Below the pieces are notes generated by a model. It was not told the DNA's origin. It did no database searches and saw only the letters and a program-made list of their open reading frames with translations. The translations under genes and the position numbers were made by a program. A stretch of DNA of 64,000 nt from contig JBDRRP010000055.1 of the NCBI GenBank assembly GCA_043825735.1, positions 1 to 64,000 of the forward strand, read 5' to 3'. Shown piece by piece: positions 41,766 through 51,755 of this stretch. The DNA is from Pseudomonadota bacterium (GTDB taxonomy: Bacteria > Desulfobacterota > Desulfobacteria > Desulfobacterales > JBDRRP01). Numbering within the stretch: the first letter of the stretch is position 1; every line of letters starts with the position of its first letter.

Positions 41766-43244
41766 ATGTTCCCATTTAAACGCCAGAAAAATACCGTCAC
41801 CACGGTCGTCGTCAATGAAGGCCTTTATTTCATTAAGGTTGATCGGCACAAAAACGGTCATATCGCCTTCGAGACTCAGTTAGAGCCGTTTTTAACCGGC
41901 GACGCCATTGCCTCACCCCTTCCGGCAGCACTGAAGGGCGCAACCAATGCACTGCTGATCCTGCCGGATTACTGGGTCGGCAATGTATCCTACCCCTTCC
42001 TTTCAAGAAAAAGATCCCTCGCCAAAGCCTTCATCGAGAGAAAACTGCTATCCGAGCATCCAGATACGCCCGATATCGTCAATTTCTTCGATTTCGAGTT
42101 TTCCACAGCCGGCCTGGAAGAACGGACGGTCAACGTGTCCTTCCTGCAGGACGCCCGCGCCTTCCAGCTTTACAACAAACTCTCGGAGCACATCCTGGAT
42201 CCGACCCGGGTATTGACGCCGGCATTGATCTGGGAAAAGAAACTGCTAAAGAGCGTCTCTGAATTTGATATCGGCGGCACCTGCCTTGTGCATCTGCTTT
42301 CCGCAGAGTGTTTTCTCTATTTCTTTTTCAGGGGACGATTTCTGTTCTCACGACGGATCATTCTTCCAGAGCAGCGAACGGCGCCGCCGCTCGAAGACGG
42401 CGACGGATTGTCCATGGCGACGGAGACGGAAACGCCTGGCAAATACAGCGTTCTCACCTTCGAAATCAACCAGTCGTTGTATCTGTTTGCCCAGAAAACG
42501 AAAGCTGACATGGGCAAGATCCATATGGCCGCTGCCGATCCGCAGGATGCCGAGCGACTGTCACGTGAACTGGGCCGGGAGGTCATCTACTACAAACCTG
42601 GGAGCGGTGCCCCCAAAGGGGCAAAGACGGCCCTCGGCGTCTCGGAATTTCTCGCACCGGTGTTGTCTTTCGACGCAGAGGATCTCGCCCCCGCCGCTCA
42701 AGAGTTGAACCTTACCCACGCCAGACTCCGTCAACTGCTCGAGTGGAGACCGGTGCAACGGGTCGGGATCGCCATCGGCGCGCTGCTGATCGTGCTGTTG
42801 TCCATGGAAGGGCTCTTTTTGTGGGAAAAGGCGGGCGTCAACCGGAACCGCATGGCCCATGGCCGCAGCATGAGCGGGAACACGCAAAAACAGATCATCC
42901 AGGATTACAATCGAGTGCTCGATTTGCTGCTGGCCGAGGAGGACCGCCCCTCCCCACGGCGTGTCATCATCAATGTGGGGCGCTCCCTTCCTGAAAACAC
43001 CTGGATCACCGGCATCGAAATCAAAAGCGAAGACACACCCGGCGTGGTCATCAACGGCATCATCAGGGCTGCCAAGGTGCAGCAACTTAAAGAGACACTG
43101 ACAAAAATACTGGAGAATTTGAACCTGTATTTTCAAGGTTCTCGATCATTGGCCCTTGAGGACATCAATTTCAGTGTCGATAAACAGAGTGTCGGGCAGC
43201 CCGAGCTGATGTATACCTTTAACTTTGGATTCAATCTGCCATGA
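41766..43244 (+). CDS. Pilus alignment protein, PilM/PilN (MshI/GspL)-like
   Basis: Cytoplasmic region, single TM, periplasmic SLPENTWITGIEI PilN-like segment; first gene of the secretin operon. Confidence 0.6.
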   Translation: MFPFKRQKNTVTTVVVNEGLYFIKVDRHKNGHIAFETQLEPFLTGDAIASPLPAALKGATNALLILPDYWVGNVSYPFLSRKRSLAKAFIERKLLSEHPDTPDIVNFFDFEFSTAGLEERTVNVSFLQDARAFQLYNKLSEHILDPTRVLTPALIWEKKLLKSVSEFDIGGTCLVHLLSAECFLYFFFRGRFLFSRRIILPEQRTAPPLEDGDGLSMATETETPGKYSVLTFEINQSLYLFAQKTKADMGKIHMAAADPQDAERLSRELGREVIYYKPGSGAPKGAKTALGVSEFLAPVLSFDAEDLAPAAQELNLTHARLRQLLEWRPVQRVGIAIGALLIVLLSMEGLFLWEKAGVNRNRMAHGRSMSGNTQKQIIQDYNRVLDLLLAEEDRPSPRRVIINVGRSLPENTWITGIEIKSEDTPGVVINGIIRAAKVQQLKETLTKILENLNLYFQGSRSLALEDINFSVDKQSVGQPELMYTFNFGFNLP

Positions 43245-43834
43245 CATCCAACCTGACGACACGGTGGGTAATCGTCTGTGCGGTCTGGGCCGCTGCGCTG
43301 GCGTTCTCGTATTGGAACACAAACGAAATATCGGTCATCATGATGGATATCGAACAGGAAGAAATTTACCGGATGGACGACCTGTTCTGGCAGTATAATT
43401 CCGGAAAAATATCGAAAATTCTCCCCAAAATGGACACGATGGTCCGGCCCATCGAGTCTCTGAAACTGGGTTACCTCGTGATCGAAAACAACCTTACCGA
43501 TCTCGCACAGCGTCATCACTTCACGGATATCCTCGTGGAAATGAGCCCGACGGAATCCGTTGGATCGGGCATCCCCATCTGGATCTATTTCAAGGGTTCT
43601 TTTACCGGTATCCTGCCGTGGCTGAAAGCCATTGAGGAGAACTTCCCATACCTGCCCATCAGCCAAGTGAAAATCACTACGGATCCGATCAATCGGGAGA
43701 CCCGATACCAGATCCAGTTGATTCTCCGATACCGGATTTCAAGCGAACCAAACCAGGCCGTGCGGTCGAACCCGATGATTGACCCGGCAGCGACCGGACC
43801 CGCCACCCGCAACAGCAACCGGATGGACACATGA
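43241..43834 (+). CDS. PilO/MshJ-like protein
   Basis: N-terminal TM, FKGSFTGILPWLKAIE PilO-like motif, ATGA coupling. Confidence 0.6.
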   Translation: MTSNLTTRWVIVCAVWAAALAFSYWNTNEISVIMMDIEQEEIYRMDDLFWQYNSGKISKILPKMDTMVRPIESLKLGYLVIENNLTDLAQRHHFTDILVEMSPTESVGSGIPIWIYFKGSFTGILPWLKAIEENFPYLPISQVKITTDPINRETRYQIQLILRYRISSEPNQAVRSNPMIDPAATGPATRNSNRMDT

Positions 43835-44373
43835 TCAGCACCGGGGGTAGAAAGCGCATGTTTTCGGGGGGATGGATAGTGGCCGCGCTGATCGTTGCCG
43901 CAATCAACGGGCTTGCCATGTCTTCCCTGTTCAGTCCCCCCATTGTCGGACAATCAAAAGACGCCCGTCTGGCCAGTCAGAAATGGCTGCGTTTGGAAAC
44001 CAAAATAGCTGCCCAGGTCAATCAATCCGTCGAGCATGTCGATGTGACACCGGTGTTGAAGCGGTTTTCCCCGGACTGGCCGGCCATTGAAATAAAGAAG
44101 CCTGTTGCCGCACCGTCACTCACATCAGGAGACGTCGTTGAGGAGAAAAAACTGGTTCCTCCGACGCTCATGGGAATCATGGAAGTGACCGATGCTCAGG
44201 GGCGTCGACACCTGTCGGCCATGATGGAAGGCCGGCAATGGGCTGAAAAAACACGCATCCGCGGTTTTTACGTGAAAAAAATTACACTGGAAGGTGTCGA
44301 GCTGACACACAGTGGACAACAGTGGTTTATACCCGCGCCAAAAGTCTATTTCATGCAAGATCAGAGCGGATGA
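43831..44373 (+). CDS. PilP/MshK/GspC-like protein
   Basis: N-terminal TM; PTLMGIM...AMMEG...IRGFYVKKITLEGVEL beta-domain; position before the secretin. Confidence 0.55.
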   Translation: MISTGGRKRMFSGGWIVAALIVAAINGLAMSSLFSPPIVGQSKDARLASQKWLRLETKIAAQVNQSVEHVDVTPVLKRFSPDWPAIEIKKPVAAPSLTSGDVVEEKKLVPPTLMGIMEVTDAQGRRHLSAMMEGRQWAEKTRIRGFYVKKITLEGVELTHSGQQWFIPAPKVYFMQDQSG

Positions 44374-44469
44374 GGGAAACGGCGACATCATGCGGCCATT
44401 ATTTCTGAACGCAGTGTGCCACACTGGTTCACCGGAGGAAATGACACCGGTATCAATTTAAGGGGAATC

Positions 44470-45972
44470 ATGACTCATCTCATTGAAGCAACCGCCCGCC
44501 GATTCGTCCTCCTGGCGGGTTGCCTACTGCTTGCGGGTGTCACCGGCTGTGCCATGCCGGAGCCCCGTCCAGTGCAGGACAAGGGCCTGTTATCGGAGAG
44601 CCCGGAGGCGATCATCCAGAAGGAGAAAATCATCAACGCACCGGGACCGCCGCCCTTTTCAGAAAAGCTGGCGCCGGCGGCCACGGGCCTTGTCGAGGAA
44701 ACCAAACTCTACACCATGGTTTTTAATAACGCCCCCCTGGGGTCGGTGATCAGCGCCATCACCCTCGACACGGATCTGAATCTCACGGTGGAATCGGAAA
44801 TCGATCTCACCAGAGCCATCAACGTGAAACTCAACCGGGTGACCCTCCGGGAAGCCCTGGACATGGTGGTGGTCAAGAGTGCCGGCTATGTCTGGAAAAT
44901 CGCTGACGGCAATATCAGCATCCGGCGCTTTGACGAGCGTATCTATCAACTCGATTATCTGGACATGCCCGGGGAGACATCGGTTCAGGTCGGTGGCGAC
45001 ATGCTGACAGCCGGCGTTGCGGATTCCGGTGTCACCGGCAAATTTCAGGTAAAAATGGAGCGCCTGGCCGAAAAATCTGATGTCTGGAGCTCGCTTCAAA
45101 GCGATCTGGAAGGTCTCAAGTCCGAGGCCGGCATCCTTCGCATCAACCGAAACGCCGGTGTCATTTATATGGCGGACACCCCCCGCAAACTGACCACCAT
45201 GGTTCAATATCTTGACTCCATGACCGAGTCGCTGCACCGCCAGGTGTTTCTGGAGGCCAAGATCATGGAAGTCCGCCTCAGCGACACCTACAAATACGGC
45301 ATTGACTGGACCGCCTTTAATGCCACCTTCAAATCCGCAGCGGATCCCGATTTGCTCAAGATTGAATTAAACAGCGGCGGCAGCATCGCCAAGGCCAGTC
45401 AGTCCAGCCTCAGTCTCATCCTTGATTTTCTGCGCACCCAGGGTGATGTCACAGTACTGTCCAACCCGCACATTTCGGTGATGAACGGTCGCTCCGCGGT
45501 CATGACCGTTGGCTATCAATTCCCTTACGGTGATGTCGACGGCGTTGATCGCGATCCTGAGACCGGCGTGGTCACCTTCGGCACGTCCATCAAGCGCACC
45601 GTTTTGGGGTTGCAGATGGGTCTTACGCCCCAGATATCGCGTGACGGCAACGTCACGCTCAACATCGTCCCCACCATTACCCGTATCCAGAGCGAACAGG
45701 ATGTGCAGCTTCCCACATCCACCGATACCACGCAGACCATTTCCAATCCCATCATCGATCTTCAGGAGCTCGCCACCACCGTCCGTGTTCGGGAAGGCGA
45801 ATCCGTCGTACTGGCCGGTCTGATCAGTCAGCTGAAATCCATTGACCAGAAAGGCCTGCCGTGGCTGGGAACCATCCCGGGGCTCAAATATTTTTTCAAC
45901 AATGTCGAAGACCAATCGGAAACGCGGGAGCTGGTCATTTTCATCACCCCATATATTAAAAAGGAGAAATAA
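44470..45972 (+). CDS. Secretin, MshL-like lipoprotein
   Basis: Lipobox VTGC; QVFLEAKIMEV, GIDW, VLSNPHISVMNG, TTVRVREGESVVLAGLI, LPWLGTIPGL, ELVIFITP. Confidence 0.93.
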   Translation: MTHLIEATARRFVLLAGCLLLAGVTGCAMPEPRPVQDKGLLSESPEAIIQKEKIINAPGPPPFSEKLAPAATGLVEETKLYTMVFNNAPLGSVISAITLDTDLNLTVESEIDLTRAINVKLNRVTLREALDMVVVKSAGYVWKIADGNISIRRFDERIYQLDYLDMPGETSVQVGGDMLTAGVADSGVTGKFQVKMERLAEKSDVWSSLQSDLEGLKSEAGILRINRNAGVIYMADTPRKLTTMVQYLDSMTESLHRQVFLEAKIMEVRLSDTYKYGIDWTAFNATFKSAADPDLLKIELNSGGSIAKASQSSLSLILDFLRTQGDVTVLSNPHISVMNGRSAVMTVGYQFPYGDVDGVDRDPETGVVTFGTSIKRTVLGLQMGLTPQISRDGNVTLNIVPTITRIQSEQDVQLPTSTDTTQTISNPIIDLQELATTVRVREGESVVLAGLISQLKSIDQKGLPWLGTIPGLKYFFNNVEDQSETRELVIFITPYIKKEK

Positions 45973-46036
45973 CAGCGGGGTAAGCAACGATTTGGATCCT
46001 GTTGTCGATCCCGACCCTTTTTCAGGGCCATCACAC

Positions 46037-46173
46037 TTGATGGCACCGTAAAAAGTCTGAAATCACCACAGAGGACGCAGAGAGCGCAGAGATAACTTAT
46101 TTACTATTCGGTATGTTCTCTGCGGTCCTCTGCGGTCTCTGTGGTTCAAAATCACCTTTTACGAATTCATCAA
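46037..46173. mobile_element. MITE-like element, best-preserved copy
   Basis: Ends TTGATGGCACCGTAAAAAG / CCTTTTACGAATTCATCAA; internal inverted CAGAG triads. Confidence 0.8.
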
Positions 46174-46459
46174 ACTTCTGCTCAGGCACTACATATTTTT
46201 ATGTGCCAGGCTTCAATATTTGATGGGTTTTACATAATCGTTCTTTTTTATAGAAAATTGCTGCAGTCTTGGTTTCTCCATGATTCAGTGATAGGCTTTT
46301 TGTGCTTAACCCGGAAACGGGCGGTCACTTTTCCAGGGAAACCGCCATCGCCATTCAATAAAGCACACCGTAGCGACCAGCGGCGCCGCAGCGCCAAAGA
46401 TGGACAACCGGAATGGCATGACAGCACTGGCTCAAAAAGCATTTCGACATCCGGATCTA

Positions 46460-46476
46460 TTGGCACTAAATTTGCT
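46460..46476 (+). promoter_or_regulatory. sigma54 (-24/-12) promoter of the major pilin gene
   Basis: TTGGCAC-TAAAT-TTGCT matches TGGCAC-N5-TTGCW. Confidence 0.8.
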
Positions 46477-46646
46477 TACTTTCTGGTACGCATGTGGGCA
46501 CTGCACAATCGCTTCTCATCGCCCAGGCCGGGAGATATCTTTTTTTCAGTCTCCCGTTAGATGCCGAGAGCCGGGTAAAAAACAGCAGCGGCCCGAAATT
46601 TAGAAATCACGACGGATTCAATAAAAATCAGTATTAGGAGGTCTCG

Positions 46647-47210
46647 ATGAACAGAATCAGAAAGATGTGTCACTCGCAGGAAGGGTTCACCCTGGTGGAA
46701 ATTGCAATCGTCATGATCATCATCGGTCTTCTGATCGGCGGGATCATCAAGGGTCAGGCCATGATCAAGAATGCCAAGGTCAAACGGCTGGTCTCCGATG
46801 TGGACGGCCTGCGCGCCGCCATTCTCACCTATCAGGACAAATTCGGCATGCTCCCCGGCGACGAAAATGACGCCAATACCCCCAGCGGCGACACTTTTAA
46901 CGGTAACAACAACGGCCTCATGAATGAAGCTGCCGGCCAGGCCTTCAGTGATATGCGACTGGCAGAAATCCTTCCCGGAACGGGACTCACCCTTCCCCAG
47001 CACGCTTTCGGCGGCAACCTTCAGTTTATCCAGGCCAATATCAGCGGCAGCGGCAATGTCAACTGGATTGAGGCCCTCAATGTCCCCGGTGAAGTCTGCC
47101 AGGAGATTGACTCCAAATATGACGACGGCGTACAGACAACCGGCGAAATCCGGGGAACGGCCGCTTACACGGCGGGCACCACCGTCCCGATACTGGCCTG
47201 GCGGTTCTAA
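46647..47210 (+). CDS. Type IV pilin, probable major pilin
   Basis: Class III signal G|FTLVEIAIVMIIIGLLIGG; AGGAGG RBS; own promoter and terminator. Confidence 0.9.
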   Translation: MNRIRKMCHSQEGFTLVEIAIVMIIIGLLIGGIIKGQAMIKNAKVKRLVSDVDGLRAAILTYQDKFGMLPGDENDANTPSGDTFNGNNNGLMNEAAGQAFSDMRLAEILPGTGLTLPQHAFGGNLQFIQANISGSGNVNWIEALNVPGEVCQEIDSKYDDGVQTTGEIRGTAAYTAGTTVPILAWRF

Positions 47211-47233
47211 CCCGTACCCATCCATCTGTGGAT

Positions 47234-47291
47234 AAAAAAATCGGATCCGCCGTGAAGGCCGCCTGCACGCCTTTCGGCGGATTGGTTTTTT
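47234..47291. terminator. Terminator hairpin after the pilin gene
   Basis: A-run, ATCCGCCG.GAAGGC ... GCCTTTCGGCGGAT, T-run. Confidence 0.7.
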
Positions 47292-47346
47292 ACAAGTGAT
47301 CGGTGGTGCCGCCGGTGCGTGTGGCACTGCCGAGGCACAGGGGGCC

Positions 47347-48333
47347 ATGCCTGTGGTGATCTGTCGAAACAACAATGGATTCACGCTCATCGAAATGGCG
47401 ATTGTCCTCGTCATCGTGGGCCTGCTCGTTGGTTTCGGGGCCTCCCTGGTCAGACCGCTCATGGAGCGTTCCAAGCGAAATGAAACCCAAAGCGCTGCCA
47501 CCGCCGCAGTAGCGTCGGTGATCGGGTTCGCCGCCTCCAACAACAGCCGCCTGCCGGATGCCGCCCTGTTTCCCGGCACCATCAAACGGCGGGTCGATTC
47601 CTGGCAAAACCCCATCGAATACATTTATGACAGCAACCTGGACGTCAACACCCTCGGGGCCACCATCTGCGGCCGCCGGACCGCGCTCATCACGGTCCGA
47701 CGCTGCGCGGACAGCGCCTGCGCCACGTTCACCGATGTCCCCAACGTCGCGTTCATGCTCATCAGCGGCGCCGCCAACCGTAACAACCAGACCTCCGGCA
47801 GTCGTGCCGTGGCGGCCCCTGTCACTATCAACGTCTATACCATCGGCGTGAGCGCGGACAACTACAACGGCGATTTTGTCCGCGTCGAGGAATATGAAGA
47901 CATCGTCGAGTGGGTCACGCTCAATGAACTGCGAAGCAAGATCGGTTGCCAGGGGCCGCAGATGGTGATCGTCAACAACGAAGTGCCCTATGGAAACGCC
48001 GGCAGCTTGTACAACATCACCATTTACGCCGGCAGGGGTGTCCCTTTTACCGCGGGCGGCACATACAAGTGGTGCCTGAAGGGCACATTGCCGCCAGGCG
48101 TCGCCACCACTCCGGCAACCCCGGCCTGTCCACTGACAACCGACTGCAGCGCGCTGGGCTCGGAGGCTGCCAGCCAGTGGTCACAGGCGAACAGCCTTCA
48201 GATCAGCGGAACGCCCACTACCGCCGGCGCCTATTTCTTCTCAGTGCTGTCCCGGGACAACAACGATGGGAGCACTGCGGCGGCCAACGACAACTGCGCC
48301 GAAAAAAGTTTTGTCATCACCATCAACCCGTAA
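47347..48333 (+). CDS. Minor pilin with C-terminal Ig-like module
   Basis: G|FTLIEMAIVLVIVGLLVG; VDSWQNPIEY; ISGTPTTAGAYFFSV Ig-like pattern; several Cys. Confidence 0.85.
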   Translation: MPVVICRNNNGFTLIEMAIVLVIVGLLVGFGASLVRPLMERSKRNETQSAATAAVASVIGFAASNNSRLPDAALFPGTIKRRVDSWQNPIEYIYDSNLDVNTLGATICGRRTALITVRRCADSACATFTDVPNVAFMLISGAANRNNQTSGSRAVAAPVTINVYTIGVSADNYNGDFVRVEEYEDIVEWVTLNELRSKIGCQGPQMVIVNNEVPYGNAGSLYNITIYAGRGVPFTAGGTYKWCLKGTLPPGVATTPATPACPLTTDCSALGSEAASQWSQANSLQISGTPTTAGAYFFSVLSRDNNDGSTAAANDNCAEKSFVITINP

Positions 48334-48342
48334 CCGCCAGCC

Positions 48343-50505
48343 ATGAATCGACTTCGGTCCGCTCCGCACCGATCCTCAGGGAAATCTCACGACAACGGTT
48401 TTGCCCTCATGCCGCTGATTCTCACCGTGGTGATCGTCGGGGCCCTGATTGGTGTCGGCATGACCATCCTCGCGCCGCTGGTAAAACAAACCAAATACAA
48501 CGAAGCGGGCCGTCGTATCGATTCGGCCATCGATGCAATCGTCAGCTGGTCGGCGGCCAACGGCAGGCTGCCCGACAGTGCACTGTTTGCCTCGGTGGTT
48601 AAAGACACCGAGGACCCGTGGCGCCGCCCCCTGGTGTATGTCTATGACAACGCGCTGACCGCAGCACCCTCAGGAGGCATCTGCGGCAGACAGACCACCG
48701 GCATTGCCTACGGTGCCATTGCCGATGTGGCCTTTGTTATCATCAGCGGCGGCGACGATTACAGCGTCGGCTCAACACCAAACGCCGGCGGCGCATTCAC
48801 CGGCAATATCCTGGCCGCAGCCGCAGATGTGGTCCATCACGTCACGCTCGCCGATCTGAAAGCCAGGGCGGGCTGTTACGGCGGCACTGCCGGACGGCTT
48901 CGATTGATTAACAAGGAGCTGCCCACAGCCTGCACCGGACAGGCGTACGTCGCCGACATCCATGCAGACGGCGGCGTACCATTTTCCTCTGGCGGCAATT
49001 ATAAATGGTGTCTCAAGGGCGCGTTGCCTGCCGGTCTTTCGACACTGCCAACGACCCCGGCCTGCCTTGGCACCGCCGACTGCATGGCACTGGGTACCGA
49101 GGCCGCATCCCAGTGGTCCCAGGCCACAACCCTTCAGGTCAGCGGCACGCCAAGCGGCGCCGGCGCTGCCGCGGTAACGATCCTTGCCCGCGACAATAAC
49201 GATGGCAACACCGGCACATCATCCGACAATTGCGTCCAGATGACCTATCAGGTCACCGTTAACAACTGCGGCGGGGGCCCGCCGCCCGTCTCCCAATGGG
49301 ATTTTAATGAAGGATCGGGAACCACCGCCGGCGATGGGGTGGGCGGTCATGACGGCACTATAGTGGGAGATGTTGCCTGGACCGGCGACACCCCGGACGG
49401 CACCGGCGCGGCCCTGAGCTTCGACGGCACCGGCGACTTCGTTCGCATCGCCCACCCCGACCAGTTCAGAATCACCGATGAGTTGACCCTGGCGGCCTGG
49501 GTCAAGGCAACCGCCGACCACCCGTTCGCCAAGGTAATTTCACGGCGATCGGGTAACTATTTCTACTTTCTGGGAGTCGACAACGGGTCCCCGTACGGCG
49601 GGGTCGGCGATGGGACCACATTCGCGGTAACCGGAAAATCGCTGCTCATGTCACTGCAGGCCTGGAACCACATGGCCTTTGTCTACAACCACGCCGAGGA
49701 CACGATGTTCATCCACTTCGACGGCACCGAACGGGAAACCGCCACGGCCCTGGTGCTCCCGGCGCTGGCCGGTGTCGATATATCCATCGGCGCCGATTCG
49801 GCCGGCACCGCCGCCTTTTTCACCGGCGCCCTCGATGACGTGGCCGTTTACGCCCGTGCCCTGAGCGCCGCTGAAATCAGGGCGATCACCCGCGGCACGC
49901 TCAATGAGCCCCCAGTGGCCCTGTACGCCTTCAATGGCGATGCCACCGACGGCAGCGGCAATGGGCACGACGGCGTAATCACCGGCGCATCCTTCACACA
50001 GGACAGATCCGGCAACAGCAACAAGGCCATGGCCTTCGACGGCAATGATACCGTCCGCATCGGCGATCACGTCGACTTCCGCCTCACCGGCCAGCTCACA
50101 GTGATGGCCTGGGTCAATGAAACCACCCCCGGCGCTTTTGCCAAGGTGCTCTCGCGGCGATCCGGAAGCTACTTTTACTTTTTGGGCGTCGACAGCGGCC
50201 ACCCCTACGGCGGCATCGGCGACGGCACCAGTATTGCGGTAACGCGAAAATCCATCGCCATGGCGCCGGGCAAATGGCACCATATTGCCTTTGTCTACAG
50301 CCAGGCGGCCGGAACGATCCATATCTACTATGACGGGATCGTTGATGAAACCGCCGTCAGCATCATCCTGCCGGACATGGCCGGCATTGCACTGACCATC
50401 GGCGGAGACTCCGAGGGAACCGGCAATTTCTTTGAAGGGCTCATCGATGGCGTCGCCGTCTACGATATCGCCCTCACTGCCGATGAAATCCGGCAAACGT
50501 ACTAA
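48343..50505 (+). CDS. Large pilin-like adhesin: prepilin + Ig-like + two LamG (ConA-like) domains
   Basis: G|FALMP hydrophobic helix; WDFNEGSGTTAGD, ALSFDG, WNHMAFVY, GALDDVAVYARALSAAEI, repeated in a second domain. Confidence 0.85.
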   Translation: MNRLRSAPHRSSGKSHDNGFALMPLILTVVIVGALIGVGMTILAPLVKQTKYNEAGRRIDSAIDAIVSWSAANGRLPDSALFASVVKDTEDPWRRPLVYVYDNALTAAPSGGICGRQTTGIAYGAIADVAFVIISGGDDYSVGSTPNAGGAFTGNILAAAADVVHHVTLADLKARAGCYGGTAGRLRLINKELPTACTGQAYVADIHADGGVPFSSGGNYKWCLKGALPAGLSTLPTTPACLGTADCMALGTEAASQWSQATTLQVSGTPSGAGAAAVTILARDNNDGNTGTSSDNCVQMTYQVTVNNCGGGPPPVSQWDFNEGSGTTAGDGVGGHDGTIVGDVAWTGDTPDGTGAALSFDGTGDFVRIAHPDQFRITDELTLAAWVKATADHPFAKVISRRSGNYFYFLGVDNGSPYGGVGDGTTFAVTGKSLLMSLQAWNHMAFVYNHAEDTMFIHFDGTERETATALVLPALAGVDISIGADSAGTAAFFTGALDDVAVYARALSAAEIRAITRGTLNEPPVALYAFNGDATDGSGNGHDGVITGASFTQDRSGNSNKAMAFDGNDTVRIGDHVDFRLTGQLTVMAWVNETTPGAFAKVLSRRSGSYFYFLGVDSGHPYGGIGDGTSIAVTRKSIAMAPGKWHHIAFVYSQAAGTIHIYYDGIVDETAVSIILPDMAGIALTIGGDSEGTGNFFEGLIDGVAVYDIALTADEIRQTY

Positions 50506-50546
50506 TAAATGGCGCGGCTCGAAAATTCATTTTCGCGCCGCGCCAT

Positions 50547-51755
50547 TTATTTGAATTCACTGATCACGTCATACAGCGGCAACATGATCGAGAGCACGAT
50601 CACCGCAAATACCCCTCCCAGCAAAATGGTGGTCAGCGGCTCCATGGCATTGACCAGCGCCTGCACGGTGCGTTTGACTTCTCCGTCATAGTAGTCTCCC
50701 AGCCGGTGGAATGATGCATCCAGCGTTCCCGTCGTCTCTCCGTTTCGAATGGCCCCCAAGAGCAGCGGCGGAAACGCTTTTGACGACTCAAAGCCCGCGG
50801 CGATGGACTGTCCGCGCTCGATCTCCCGGTAGGCTTTCTGTACCTGCAATTCCAGGTAGCGGTTGCCGAGGACATCTTTGGAGAGGATATCAAATATCGC
50901 GTTGATGGTGATGCCGGATTCATACATGGTGGCGAAATTGTGGCTGAGCCGCGCGATGGCGATATTCCGGGCGATGTCTCCGATGATCGGGATTTCCAGG
51001 ACCATGCGGTGAAGCAGAATGCCGCCCCGCGGCGTCTTCTGAAACACGTAAAACGCCCCGCCGGCAAGAAACGCCACTGACAGGACATGCCACCAGTATT
51101 GCCTGGCGAACTTGCTGGTTGCCAGAACGATCTGTGTGAGCGCTGGCAGGGGCACCCCCATTTCATAAAGCAAAACAGCCATCTGCGGAAGTACGTAGCC
51201 TACCCAAACGCCGATCACGGCGATAATCACAAGGATCACGAAGCTGGGATAGATGGTGGCCCGTTTGATGGTGGATCGGATGTCCTCCTTCCACTCGAGA
51301 AACACGGCAAGGTCTTTCAACGATTTGGGCAGCACGCCCGTCTGCTCCCCCATGCGGATGATGGCCAGCTCGAGCTTGTCGAAGACTTTTGGATATCGGC
51401 TCATGGCCTCGTAAAGCGTCCGTCCGCCTTCGATTGCGATTTTGACTTCAGTGATGACCCGGCTGAAGAACTTGGACGGCAGTATCTTGGCGTTTTCTTC
51501 CAACGCGGACAGCAGCGGCAGACCCATTTCCAGCGTTTGTGACAACCGGTGATAAAACTCGATCTGAATCCTCGGTTTGATCTTACCGGCCGCTTCGATC
51601 CTGCCGCGGATCCCCTCCTTGACGGGCTTGCTTTTGATGAGGGTCAGCCCTTTTTGCGACAGCGTGTCTTCGAGATCCTCCGCACTGAGTGTGACGATGG
51701 TCCCCCGCCTGATTTTTCCGCCGGCGTCAATGGCTTTGTATTGATACTTAGGCAT
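50547..51755 (-). CDS. Pilus platform protein (GspF/PilC/MshG family)
   Basis: YQYKAID, GLPLLSAL, GEQTG, ATIYP, GETTG, AMEP. Confidence 0.93.
   Translation of the reverse strand: MPKYQYKAIDAGGKIRRGTIVTLSAEDLEDTLSQKGLTLIKSKPVKEGIRGRIEAAGKIKPRIQIEFYHRLSQTLEMGLPLLSALEENAKILPSKFFSRVITEVKIAIEGGRTLYEAMSRYPKVFDKLELAIIRMGEQTGVLPKSLKDLAVFLEWKEDIRSTIKRATIYPSFVILVIIAVIGVWVGYVLPQMAVLLYEMGVPLPALTQIVLATSKFARQYWWHVLSVAFLAGGAFYVFQKTPRGGILLHRMVLEIPIIGDIARNIAIARLSHNFATMYESGITINAIFDILSKDVLGNRYLELQVQKAYREIERGQSIAAGFESSKAFPPLLLGAIRNGETTGTLDASFHRLGDYYDGEVKRTVQALVNAMEPLTTILLGGVFAVIVLSIMLPLYDVISEFK

Noticed and set aside
46174..46646. c-di-GMP (GEMM) riboswitch before the pilin
   Set aside because: Could not find the GNRA-loop P2 with adjacent GGG..CGCAAA core
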